Virus record (IMG/VR): IMGVR_UViG_3300045988_145476
Direction: 5' to 3' (one strand)
Source: a virus
Length of the DNA: 64,000 bases
The notes under the pieces were generated by a model. The model saw nothing but the letters and a program-made list of their open reading frames with translations, was not told the origin of the DNA and searched no databases. The position numbers and the translations under genes are program-made. Position 1 is the first letter of the stretch. Each line of letters opens with the position of its first letter. Shown here piece by piece: positions 31,788-40,209 of the stretch.

Positions 31788-33251
31788 ATGGAAGCAAAAA
31801 AATTCGTATCAACAATCAAAGGTTATAGAACTCGTTTTACAAATAAGCCTAATGCCGAACTTGAGAAGAAACAAATCGAAGGAACTATTGAGAACTTCGG
31901 TGGTAAGATAACCGCATTTACCGAATTGAAAAAAGCCGATGCCGAATTGCTGGCATACGTTAAGGGAGTTCTTGGTATGGTTAAGGTTGCACCCGTTGAA
32001 AATGCTGAGAAACCAGTTGAAAAAGCTGCACCTAAAAAGTCCTCTAAGAAGCAGGCTCCTGTTGAAGCCGACAGTGAGGAAGAAACGCTCGCTTCCTCTA
32101 CAAGCGGAAGTCTGTACGAAATAGATACCGTTAAGAAAACATGCAAACGTATCTTTAAGGATTTGAAACAGATTGACATTGACGCTATCGAAGTTACGGA
32201 AATGCCAATGACTACCTATCACAGATATTTGCTTGATACATTCCCCGGCGAAGGAGCCAAACTGAACAAAAAAGGACAACTTACTTTTCGTGGCTACCGC
32301 ATACAGTGTACTATTGAGAACGGTTTCACTATTGAGGACATTAAAACACGTGCATTGGTGGCTACACCTTTCGAGGGCATCCCTACTCCGAGAGAATTGG
32401 GAGACTTTTTCAAACGACCCGTTGTTGAACATACACCCGAAGAACTTCAAGAGGCTGTAAAACGTGGTAAGGAACTGATGGAGAAATCCGAAAAAGAACA
32501 TAAGGAAGAAGCTCCTATTGATTTTGAACTTCTGAGAAAGAAAGTTATCGGTAAAATCATAGCTATTCGTAACAAGAAGGTTTCCGATTTCGACCCAGAA
32601 ACTTTCCCCGAAATGATACCGTTCAGACGTTGGAAAATCAATGCCCGTATGCTTCTTAATAAGTGGAAAGAACGTAAGATGCGTTATCCTAAATTCTTGG
32701 ATGAACTTGAAAAACTTACTCGTGAAGAAACCTTTGAAACGAAAAAACAAAAGGCTCCCAAGTTTGTTGGAACTTTACTTCCCGAATACACATCGGTAGG
32801 TGAACTCAAAGGCGATACGATAATCGTTGACGGTAAGAGCGTTCCCGCTTCTCCGTTTATACGGGATGTTCTTCTCCACTTTGAACCGGCAGTGATGCCG
32901 CAACTTATGCGATATGCTACGGGAGCTATTGACAGGATACAACTTCTTACCTCTCCGATTGAGAAGCATCCCGAAATAGAATATAATTCAAAGGTCTGTG
33001 AACATGTATCAGCGGAATTATTAACTTTGCTGTGTACGAGCGTCGGTATTGTTCCCCCGCAAGATTTACTCTATGACAGCGGTCTGGAAGTTGACGACAG
33101 AGTTCTGTTCCATGACGGTGATGAATGGGTGGTTAAGAAAGTTACCGAAATCTCGGATGCGGTTTATCTCGGCAAGGACTTTGCTTTACTCAAAACGGAT
33201 AAGTGGTTAAAACTTGAAGAAGGTGAAAAATCGAAGAAACAAAAGAAGTAA
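31788..33251 (+). CDS. hypothetical protein (487 aa, Lys/Glu-rich)
   Basis: Long ATG ORF with a charged linker 'AEKPVEKAAPKKSSKKQAPVEADSEEE'. The antisense 313-aa ORF is judged a shadow. Confidence 0.6.
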   Translation: MEAKKFVSTIKGYRTRFTNKPNAELEKKQIEGTIENFGGKITAFTELKKADAELLAYVKGVLGMVKVAPVENAEKPVEKAAPKKSSKKQAPVEADSEEETLASSTSGSLYEIDTVKKTCKRIFKDLKQIDIDAIEVTEMPMTTYHRYLLDTFPGEGAKLNKKGQLTFRGYRIQCTIENGFTIEDIKTRALVATPFEGIPTPRELGDFFKRPVVEHTPEELQEAVKRGKELMEKSEKEHKEEAPIDFELLRKKVIGKIIAIRNKKVSDFDPETFPEMIPFRRWKINARMLLNKWKERKMRYPKFLDELEKLTREETFETKKQKAPKFVGTLLPEYTSVGELKGDTIIVDGKSVPASPFIRDVLLHFEPAVMPQLMRYATGAIDRIQLLTSPIEKHPEIEYNSKVCEHVSAELLTLLCTSVGIVPPQDLLYDSGLEVDDRVLFHDGDEWVVKKVTEISDAVYLGKDFALLKTDKWLKLEEGEKSKKQKK

Positions 33252-33291
33252 CAATACATTGTTGGGAGCTTTACGGCTCCCGCAATCTGTT

Positions 33292-33582
33292 ATGCAGTTA
33301 CGAGGTGACTTGGCAGTTCTCTCAAAGGATGCGTTTATGGATGTACATGAATGTTCCGAACAGGATTACTGGAAATACTTCGACCAGTTCGGGCCTTCCG
33401 AATTGCTGGCGTTTATTCATAGCTTGATTACAGACCTTATGATAGGACGTATTCGTTGTGAGCCTGCCGAACTTATACCTTTTATTATACACAACTATTT
33501 AAAAAGATACATTGAATTAACTTTTATAAAAGACGGATATGAAACGACTAACTTTTACCTTAGCGATTTTGATGTTTGCTAA
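33292..33582 (+). CDS. hypothetical protein
   Basis: I prefer the ATG at 33292 over the TTG at 33214. Confidence 0.45.
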   Translation: MQLRGDLAVLSKDAFMDVHECSEQDYWKYFDQFGPSELLAFIHSLITDLMIGRIRCEPAELIPFIIHNYLKRYIELTFIKDGYETTNFYLSDFDVC

Positions 33583-33997
33583 TTTGGCATTCGCACAAGT
33601 AAGATTTGACTTATTACCTCGGAACGTGTACAAAGTTCTCGGCCATACCGACCGGACATCCTTTGAAGCTATCGTAGGGGAACCAGTCGGTGAGGAGAAC
33701 GGGTGTATCGTCTATGAAGTCGAATCGGCTTACGATAACATGGTAACGGCTATCCGCTGTACCTACAAGAATGACACCCTTGTAGCCATTACATTCGGCA
33801 CCGCATATTATTCTGCGTACTGGCTTGGCATGGTTACACTAAAATCTCCGCACAAGACACAGCGTACTTTCCGTGAAAATGAGTACGGACAGAGAACCGC
33901 CATTTATTCTTGGAACGGTAAGTTCGGCTGTAACATTCTTGGAATAAAACAAGACTCCGAACGCTCTACGGCAATCATCAATTACTTTTTAAAATGA
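33539..33997 (+). CDS. secreted protein (signal peptidase I-type signal peptide)
   Basis: The N-terminus 'MKRLTFTLAILMFANLAFA/QV' has the n-h-c layout with an AxA cleavage motif. There is no lipobox Cys. Confidence 0.55.
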   Translation: MKRLTFTLAILMFANLAFAQVRFDLLPRNVYKVLGHTDRTSFEAIVGEPVGEENGCIVYEVESAYDNMVTAIRCTYKNDTLVAITFGTAYYSAYWLGMVTLKSPHKTQRTFRENEYGQRTAIYSWNGKFGCNILGIKQDSERSTAIINYFLK

Positions 33998-34105
33998 TAA
34001 CGCTCGGAATTATCTTCGTGATATGTGCTTGCTGCACGAAACGAACCTTTTGGAAATGCGTGTTTTGGACACTCGCTATATTATCAGTATTTTAAAACAG
34101 TAATT

Positions 34106-34414
34106 ATGGAACTTAGAAGTACAAACGTTCAACGGATTTGGAAAGAAACTGTTCTCTGTGTTATCGGAGAAGACCTCGGTATCAATAAACAAAAGTTCGA
34201 GGAGAATAAAAGTAATATTAAATCAATGCTCTCGCAGATTAAGACCGAAGACGGTTATGCGTATTGTTGCGGTTGCCACATACGGACTGACGGTGAACAA
34301 TGGACACCTTACATTCAGATAATCGAAATGCTTCTTCGTATGGGAAAGAAAATCGGTTGCATAAAATATGTCGGAGCATTGAAAGAACATACATTAATTA
34401 AAATCATACTATAA
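34106..34414 (+). CDS. hypothetical protein
   Basis: I prefer the ATG at 34106 within ORF 34025-34414. Confidence 0.45.
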   Translation: MELRSTNVQRIWKETVLCVIGEDLGINKQKFEENKSNIKSMLSQIKTEDGYAYCCGCHIRTDGEQWTPYIQIIEMLLRMGKKIGCIKYVGALKEHTLIKIIL

Positions 34415-34698
34415 TGGCAAAGATAAACAGACCTAAAGGAACACCCATTGAACTTGCGGCCATACGCAAGCGTTTACGGGAAGTAGTGATTGATAAATAT
34501 GGAAGTATCCCTAAATTCCTGCGTACTGACGAGGGAATTAAACTTGGCGGTATGCGTATAAAGCCTTGTTTCTACGATAAGGGTACGGTTAGTATATCTG
34601 TATTAAATAACCTTTGTCAGTATTTCGGCATCGGTGAATTAACTCGAAAAGTTCGCATTATACGAACGGTTGATTATTTCCTGAATACTCCTATTTAA
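34414..34698 (+). CDS. hypothetical protein (possible HTH)
   Basis: 94 aa. 'VSISVLNNLCQYFGIGEL' is weakly XRE-like. Confidence 0.45.
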   Translation: MAKINRPKGTPIELAAIRKRLREVVIDKYGSIPKFLRTDEGIKLGGMRIKPCFYDKGTVSISVLNNLCQYFGIGELTRKVRIIRTVDYFLNTPI

Positions 34699-34753
34699 TA
34701 ACCTAAAAAGTTCCGCAAATCGCCCGAAAATGCGTGTTTTTTATGCTAAATTT

Positions 34754-34805
34754 CCTACACCGTTACGACTTATGAAAGTTTTTTCTATCTTTGTAACGGT
34801 GTAGG
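34754..34805. promoter_or_regulatory. -7 box bracketed by a perfect 13-bp inverted repeat (operator-like)
   Basis: CCTACACCGTTAC (34754-34766) and GTAACGGTGTAGG (34793-34805). TATCTTTG at 34786-34793 overlaps the right arm by 1 nt. The ATG is at 34835. Confidence 0.6.
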
Positions 34806-34834
34806 ATTTAATCTATTAGCTAATAGTATTTCGT

Positions 34835-35305
34835 ATGAAAAAAGAGAAAACAATTAAAACCTATCAGCGTCGCACGAAAACCGGAAAGACTGTGACGGTG
34901 AGAGCGCATAAATCTTCCTACGAGGCTGGTAACGGTAAACGTGATACTGTGAAGACCCGTTCCAAGAAAAATGCGGGCGTTGAATTTGAGAAGCGTACTT
35001 CCATGCCCGACCCTAAATTGTCGGCAAAGGATTATTTGGATGCCTTGAAAAAACGACAGGCTGATTTACGTAAAGAGAAAATCAAAAAGACCAAACGCCC
35101 AGTCAACGGTAGCATTACTGGTCTTGAACCGAAAAAGAAATCTCCTGCAAAAAAGAAGGGTGCTTCTCGTAGAGAAAAACCATCTGAAAAAAATGCGAAG
35201 AAACTTATATATAGTTCAAGCTCGGATGTGTATAAGAGAGATAGTAAGGGAGAACTTATTAAAGTTGGAAAATGGGATGGTAAGAAACCCTCTGTAAAAA
35301 AGTAA
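34835..35305 (+). CDS. Lys-rich basic protein, shared N-terminal motif family (tandem copy 1)
   Basis: MKKEKTIKTYQRRTKTGKTVTVRAHKSSY..., then 'KKNAGVEFEKRTSMPDPKLSAKDYLDALKK'. It is collinear with copy 2 over about 75 aa. Confidence 0.65.
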   Translation: MKKEKTIKTYQRRTKTGKTVTVRAHKSSYEAGNGKRDTVKTRSKKNAGVEFEKRTSMPDPKLSAKDYLDALKKRQADLRKEKIKKTKRPVNGSITGLEPKKKSPAKKKGASRREKPSEKNAKKLIYSSSSDVYKRDSKGELIKVGKWDGKKPSVKK

Positions 35306-35309
35306 CGCT

Positions 35310-36221
35310 ATGAAAAAGGAAAAACAAGTCAAATCATATCAACGCAGAACCAAGTCGGGTAAAGTGGTTACTGTAAAAGCCCATACTGCAAAGTATGATG
35401 CTGCTGAAAAAGCTAAGGAAGCTGCCAAGAAAAAAGGTGCTGGTAAAGAACTTGAGGATAAGTTCGGTAAAAAGAAAATGCCTGACCCTAATCTTTCTAT
35501 GAATGAATACCTTGATGAATTGAAGAAAGGAAAAAAATCTGGGTCTAATGAGGTGGCTAATGAGGACGAGAAAACTCAACGTAGTGGTCTTTCATCTTTG
35601 GAAAAGAAACTTACCTCTAAGGAGAGTAAGCTTAAAGAGTTAAAGAACTCCCATTCTACTATGAAACGGAGTGACCCCAAAAAGTTGGCACTCGCTAAGA
35701 AAATCCAAAAATTGCAGTCTGATATTATTGAGACTAAGAGTGCTGTGGCTTCACAAAGAAAGGTTGTTACAGACCTGAATACTTCAAAGTCTAAAAAACG
35801 CTCTGAGGGTGAAGGTGCTTCTATGGTTGAACATAATGGGAAGCAGTATTTTGTCAATTTTAAGACTGGTAAGGTTGAAACTTCTTCTGGAAAACCTATT
35901 AGTAGTAATGGAGCTATCGCAAAAGCAATTTTATCTAAACATAAGGAGAACCGTGTTACTCCTAAAGATAAGAAACCTATGGTACAAACTACCAAGAGTT
36001 CTGCTAAACCGACATCTTCTGGACAGGCATTTACGGCCGCTGAATTTAAAGAATGGTATCGTGGTACAGGAAGTGCTGCCGATAAAAAAGTCGCTAAAGC
36101 ACTCCGTTCGCAATTAGGACGTTCCGGATACCGTAAATTTGAAGACGAAGCCATTAACAATTATTCCTCAAGAGGACATTTGTCGATGTTCAAGAGAATA
36201 GGAGCAAATATCGAAAAATAA
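35310..36221 (+). CDS. Lys-rich basic protein, shared N-terminal motif family (tandem copy 2)
   Basis: MKKEKQVKSYQRRTKSGKVVTVKAHTAKY..., then 'KKGAGKELEDKFGKKKMPDPNLSMNEYLDELKK'. 303 aa. Confidence 0.65.
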   Translation: MKKEKQVKSYQRRTKSGKVVTVKAHTAKYDAAEKAKEAAKKKGAGKELEDKFGKKKMPDPNLSMNEYLDELKKGKKSGSNEVANEDEKTQRSGLSSLEKKLTSKESKLKELKNSHSTMKRSDPKKLALAKKIQKLQSDIIETKSAVASQRKVVTDLNTSKSKKRSEGEGASMVEHNGKQYFVNFKTGKVETSSGKPISSNGAIAKAILSKHKENRVTPKDKKPMVQTTKSSAKPTSSGQAFTAAEFKEWYRGTGSAADKKVAKALRSQLGRSGYRKFEDEAINNYSSRGHLSMFKRIGANIEK

Positions 36222-36241
36222 AATTCAAAAGGTATAATATT

Positions 36242-36613
36242 ATGTCAATACAAGTAAAGTCCTACACATATAAGCGTAATGGGAAAACTATTGTTGTGAA
36301 AGGATATACAAGAAAAGGAAATTCTGCACAGAGTAAATCTCCTCGTAGTAGAAAAGGAGCAGGAGGTGAACTTAAAGACAGGGTTTTGCCTAAAATTAGG
36401 TATAATTCTCTGCACGCTATGGAAGATTATCCTTCAACAAATGCTCCACAAAGCCGTCATGGACAAAATTCAAAGGCTGATTGGGAGGGTTATGTAGCTC
36501 GTTTACAAAAGGCGATTAGTATGGAAAACTTACATGGAGGTAGTAAGGAAAGAATTACTAAGCTAAAGGGTAAACTTCGCAGTGCAGAGAAAAAAGTAAG
36601 GACTTGGAAATGA
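36242..36613 (+). CDS. basic protein, shared N-terminal motif family (tandem copy 3)
   Basis: MSIQVKSYTYKRNGKTIVVKGYTRKG..., then 'RKGAGGELKDR'. Confidence 0.6.
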   Translation: MSIQVKSYTYKRNGKTIVVKGYTRKGNSAQSKSPRSRKGAGGELKDRVLPKIRYNSLHAMEDYPSTNAPQSRHGQNSKADWEGYVARLQKAISMENLHGGSKERITKLKGKLRSAEKKVRTWK

Positions 36614-36625
36614 CCGTCAATGCTA

Positions 36626-36695
36626 TTTAGGTAATTCAAATTAAATTTTTATCTTTGCAGGTGAACATCAGTAAAATGGTGTTCACCTATTTTTG
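36626..36695 (+). promoter_or_regulatory. promoter-like element followed by a leader hairpin and T-run
   Basis: TTTA at 36626-36629, N20, TATCTTTG at 36650-36657. Then GGTGAACA (36660-36667) pairs with TGTTCACC (36680-36687), followed by TATTTTTG. Confidence 0.45.
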
Positions 36696-36715
36696 CGTCT
36701 AAAGCGTAGTAAGGT

Positions 36716-36928
36716 ATGAATATATCTTCGTCAAATATCAGAACGGCTGACTATGATAGAAAATCACGGACGTTGACTATGGTCTTTATCAATAGACCCC
36801 GATGGGTATATACCTATTATAATGTCCCCCCTACTGTATGGACACGTTTTTTACAGTCAAACAGTAAAGGACAATATTTTTCTGCCGCTATCCGAGACAT
36901 TTACCAGTATTCGAGAACAATCAAGTAA
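36716..36928 (+). CDS. KTSC-domain protein
   Basis: 'SSNIRTADYDRKSRTLTMVFINRPRWVYTYYNVPPTVWTRFLQSNSKGQYFSAAIRDIYQY' follows the KTSC pattern (SS.I..v.Yd...~.L.v.F..g..Y.Y..VP..vy..l..a.S.G.yfn..Ir..Y). Confidence 0.75.
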   Translation: MNISSSNIRTADYDRKSRTLTMVFINRPRWVYTYYNVPPTVWTRFLQSNSKGQYFSAAIRDIYQYSRTIK

Positions 36929-36945
36929 CTTAAATATCAAAGACT

Positions 36946-37482
36946 ATGGCTACAATTACAAGAGCGTTTGAGTTCGACGCAGCACATCGTGTAATGAATG
37001 AGAAAGTAAAATGCTTCAATTTGCACGGGCACCGTTTTAAAGTGGAAATGACTTTTGAGTATAACTCCAAGAGTCTTCTTGGATACGCTATTGACTTTAA
37101 GGAGATAAAGCGTATTGCCTGCGGATATATTGATGAACATTTAGACCACGCTTGCCTACTTAACCCCGAAGATACCGAGCTTATTGAGCTGTGCAGAAAA
37201 CAAAACTGGCGTCTGTGGGTTATGGGAATGGGTGTGTATGGTGACATCAACCCGTCTGCGGAGAATATTGCTTCCGAGCTTTTCTATATTATCAGACAGT
37301 TATTCATTAATGAGCCTTGCGGTTTGCGTCTTACAAACTTACGGCTGTATGAGACACCGAATTGCTGGGTTGATTGTTCCCGCATTGATTATGTGGCTAC
37401 AAATATGTTCCTTGAGAATCTTGGTACATGGAGAAAACAAAAGGGTTCAATGAAGTACGACATAAGAGAAGACCATGAGTAA
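36946..37482 (+). CDS. queD: 6-carboxy-5,6,7,8-tetrahydropterin synthase (QueD/PTPS family)
   Basis: 'FEFDAAHRV...KCFNLHGHRFKVEMTFE' contains the QueD Cys-x3-His-Gly-His zinc/catalytic motif. 'DFKEIK' is typical. It overlaps the terL start by 8 nt. Confidence 0.85.
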   Translation: MATITRAFEFDAAHRVMNEKVKCFNLHGHRFKVEMTFEYNSKSLLGYAIDFKEIKRIACGYIDEHLDHACLLNPEDTELIELCRKQNWRLWVMGMGVYGDINPSAENIASELFYIIRQLFINEPCGLRLTNLRLYETPNCWVDCSRIDYVATNMFLENLGTWRKQKGSMKYDIREDHE

Positions 37483-40198
37483 AAAGAAAAAAATAACGCC
37501 TAAAGAAGAAGGATACGTATTTCCTACCGAGGGTGGTAGAATCGAAGACATCCACACCGAAGAACTTGCGGGTAAATCGGTATCGTTTGACGCACACGAA
37601 ATCACTTCCAAGATTATAGAGTTCGGTAAAATACTTACCGGACTTTCTTTGTATAAATACCAAGAAGAAGCGGTGTATGCGATTATTTATTCTATCATAA
37701 CTTTTTCCGGCGATGTGAAAACAATGCTTTTCAGTCGTCAATCAGGTAAATCGGAAGCTATGGCTTTTGTTATTGATACGCTTACCGTATTACTTCCGGC
37801 CCTTGCCAAAGTGATACCCGATTTGGAGCAATTCTCCAGCGGTTTCCGTATCGGATTGTTTGCTCCGCAATCAGACCAAGTTGTTACTACCTATTCTCGT
37901 GCAATGACCCGTATAAATTCGGCTAATGCGGAGATGGTTCTTAGTGACCCAGATATTGACGTGTACTTAGAAAGTTCCGCCCGTCTTGAACTTTCAAACG
38001 GTTCTTATCTTGCCGGACAGGTTGCGAGTAAACAGTCCAAGATTGAATCAAAGACGTATGATTTGGTAATAGTCGAAGAGGCACAGGACGTTGACGACCT
38101 TATTGTTCAGAAATGTTATGCTGAGGATACTTTAATAAATTTGCCCTATGGAGATTATGCCACTATTAAAGATGTGGTTGAGAGAAAACTTCCCGTGTTA
38201 ACTCCAGAGGGAAAAATGAAACCGTCTGCATGGCATAATACGGGTGTTCAGGGTGTTTATAAAATCACATTATGCAACGGCAGGGAGCTTGAAGTAACTT
38301 CTCAACATAGACACTTGGTTAGACGTAGGAATGTTAAGGAGTCTTTTGAACTTCATACAGATAAACTAAAAGTTGGTGATAGACTTGCTGTTCCCGATTT
38401 TATTCCGACATTCGGACATTATGGTGACTATTCTATGGGAGTAGTTATCGGTTTTTTGCTTGGTGACAGATGCTTTAGCGGAAGTCAAGTGCAGTTCTGC
38501 GGTTTTGAAGAAGTTTGGAATTTCGTTTCCCCTCATGTGGAAAAACTCGGCTGTGTTGCTTTTACCAATTGCTTTAATAAAAACGGTTTATATGAGGGTA
38601 CTTTCCGAAACGTTGATGGAAAAAATACTCCTAATAAAATAATTGGTCTTTTGAAAGATTTAGGTCTTTGGGGATTAAAAGGAGAGAATAAGTTTATACC
38701 TAATTTACCCTACTCTAAAGAGTTTCTTGTAGGCCTTATTTGCGGACTATTTGAAAGTGATGGAAGTGTACAGGCTCTTAAAAAGGGTAACATACGATAT
38801 GCGTCAATTTCTAAGAAGTTGGTTTATGGTTTAAGCCTTCAATTGCAAAAGTTTGGAATACACTGCTCTATATCTGTAAAGAGTAACATTGGTAAAGGAG
38901 TGTATGAAAATACCAAGCCCTTATATGAATTGCATATTAGGGATAACATTTCGGTTATACGTTTTTGTGAGAATTTTCGCCTTGTAACAAAAAATGAGAA
39001 GCTCGATAAGGCTAAGTTAATTGCTGAAAGAATTAATAAGAAAGCCGGAGCTACTAAGGTATATGATGGTAACAGATATGTAAGAATCAAGTCTATTGAA
39101 TACACAGGTGAAAAACAGACCTATTGTGTAACGGTTCCTACCGAGGGGCATTGGATAATCGCTAACGGAATTGTAAGTGGTAACTCAATAGAACCTATGT
39201 TATCTGCCACTGGTGGAACACTTATAAAGGTAGGAACTACTGGTATGGTTAAAAACCATTTTTGGTATGAGATACAACATAACAAGAATATTGACCGGAA
39301 AATAGTAGACCCCCGTATAAAGAATCATTTCGAGTATGACTACAAGCGTATTATCCATGACCGTAGACTTCAATACGATATAGACCATAAACGTTTCCAC
39401 CTTAACTATGAAGCGGATATTCAACGTAAAAAGGAACGTTGGGGTGAAGACTCACAAGCTTTCAAACTCGCTTATGCGCTTATTTGGGACTTAGAAAGCG
39501 GTATGCTTCTTTCCGATAAGGAGTACAACGGTATCATAAACAGGAAACTCGGTTTGCAAGATGCCCGTAATGAGGATTACGTGGTTGCCGGCCTTGATAT
39601 TGGTAAGCATCCTGCCGAAACGGTTCTTACTATTGTCAAGGTATTCCACGGTGAAGATGTATTCGACCGACCGTATAAACAGATACTTGCGTGGGCTTGT
39701 CTTGGTGGTCTTGATTATGAGAGCCAGCATCATGTGATAATGGATTTTATTGTAGAGTTTAATATTTCTGTTATCTTTGCGGATTATACGGGTGTCGGTA
39801 AGCCAGTTGTTGACCGTCTTATGTATGCCTGCGGAGAGTATGTGACAATAGAACCTTATACGTTCACCGCACAAAGCAAATCGGATATGTGGTTTAACTT
39901 CCTTTCCGATATACAGACCCACCACCTTATTGTACCGGCCAATAAGAAGACCCGTATGACACCGGAGTACATGAAGTTTGAGGAGCAAATGAAAAATTGC
40001 CAGAAGTACTATAATGGGACATATTTGGTATGTGAAAAGAGTGAGGGTTACTTTGATGATATGGTAGACAGTTGTGCCCTTGCTTGCATGGCCGCTACTT
40101 ATGAACAGGAAGTAAAGGAAGAAATGGAAGTTACTCCGAATCCTTTGTATGAAGGAGTAACAAGTACCATACAAGCGATAAGAAGACATTCATTTTAA
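37475..40198 (+). CDS. terL: terminase large subunit, interrupted by an intein
   Basis: Walker A 'LFSRQSGKSE' and Walker B 'YDLVIVEEAQ'. The C-terminal half has the size and layout of a nuclease domain. It is followed directly by the portal gene. The 907-aa length is explained by a 357-aa insertion. Confidence 0.9.
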   Translation: MSKKKKITPKEEGYVFPTEGGRIEDIHTEELAGKSVSFDAHEITSKIIEFGKILTGLSLYKYQEEAVYAIIYSIITFSGDVKTMLFSRQSGKSEAMAFVIDTLTVLLPALAKVIPDLEQFSSGFRIGLFAPQSDQVVTTYSRAMTRINSANAEMVLSDPDIDVYLESSARLELSNGSYLAGQVASKQSKIESKTYDLVIVEEAQDVDDLIVQKCYAEDTLINLPYGDYATIKDVVERKLPVLTPEGKMKPSAWHNTGVQGVYKITLCNGRELEVTSQHRHLVRRRNVKESFELHTDKLKVGDRLAVPDFIPTFGHYGDYSMGVVIGFLLGDRCFSGSQVQFCGFEEVWNFVSPHVEKLGCVAFTNCFNKNGLYEGTFRNVDGKNTPNKIIGLLKDLGLWGLKGENKFIPNLPYSKEFLVGLICGLFESDGSVQALKKGNIRYASISKKLVYGLSLQLQKFGIHCSISVKSNIGKGVYENTKPLYELHIRDNISVIRFCENFRLVTKNEKLDKAKLIAERINKKAGATKVYDGNRYVRIKSIEYTGEKQTYCVTVPTEGHWIIANGIVSGNSIEPMLSATGGTLIKVGTTGMVKNHFWYEIQHNKNIDRKIVDPRIKNHFEYDYKRIIHDRRLQYDIDHKRFHLNYEADIQRKKERWGEDSQAFKLAYALIWDLESGMLLSDKEYNGIINRKLGLQDARNEDYVVAGLDIGKHPAETVLTIVKVFHGEDVFDRPYKQILAWACLGGLDYESQHHVIMDFIVEFNISVIFADYTGVGKPVVDRLMYACGEYVTIEPYTFTAQSKSDMWFNFLSDIQTHHLIVPANKKTRMTPEYMKFEEQMKNCQKYYNGTYLVCEKSEGYFDDMVDSCALACMAATYEQEVKEEMEVTPNPLYEGVTSTIQAIRRHSF
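38114..39184 (+). mobile_element. intein with LAGLIDADG homing-endonuclease domain
   Basis: Starts with Cys ('QK|CYAEDTLINLP'). Block B is 'VTSQHRH'. Two LAGLIDADG motifs: 'VVIGFLLGDRCF' and 'LVGLICGLFESDGSV'. Ends 'HWIIANGIVSGN|SIEP' with a +1 Ser. 1071 nt, in frame. Confidence 0.85.
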
Positions 40199-40209
40199 AA
40201 TAAACGACT

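Noticed and set aside
34754-34805. Bacteroides-style invertible promoter (inverton).
   Set aside because: Only 26 nt separate the inverted repeats, far shorter than known invertible segments. No invertase or recombinase gene is visible in the window. An operator or cruciform is more plausible.
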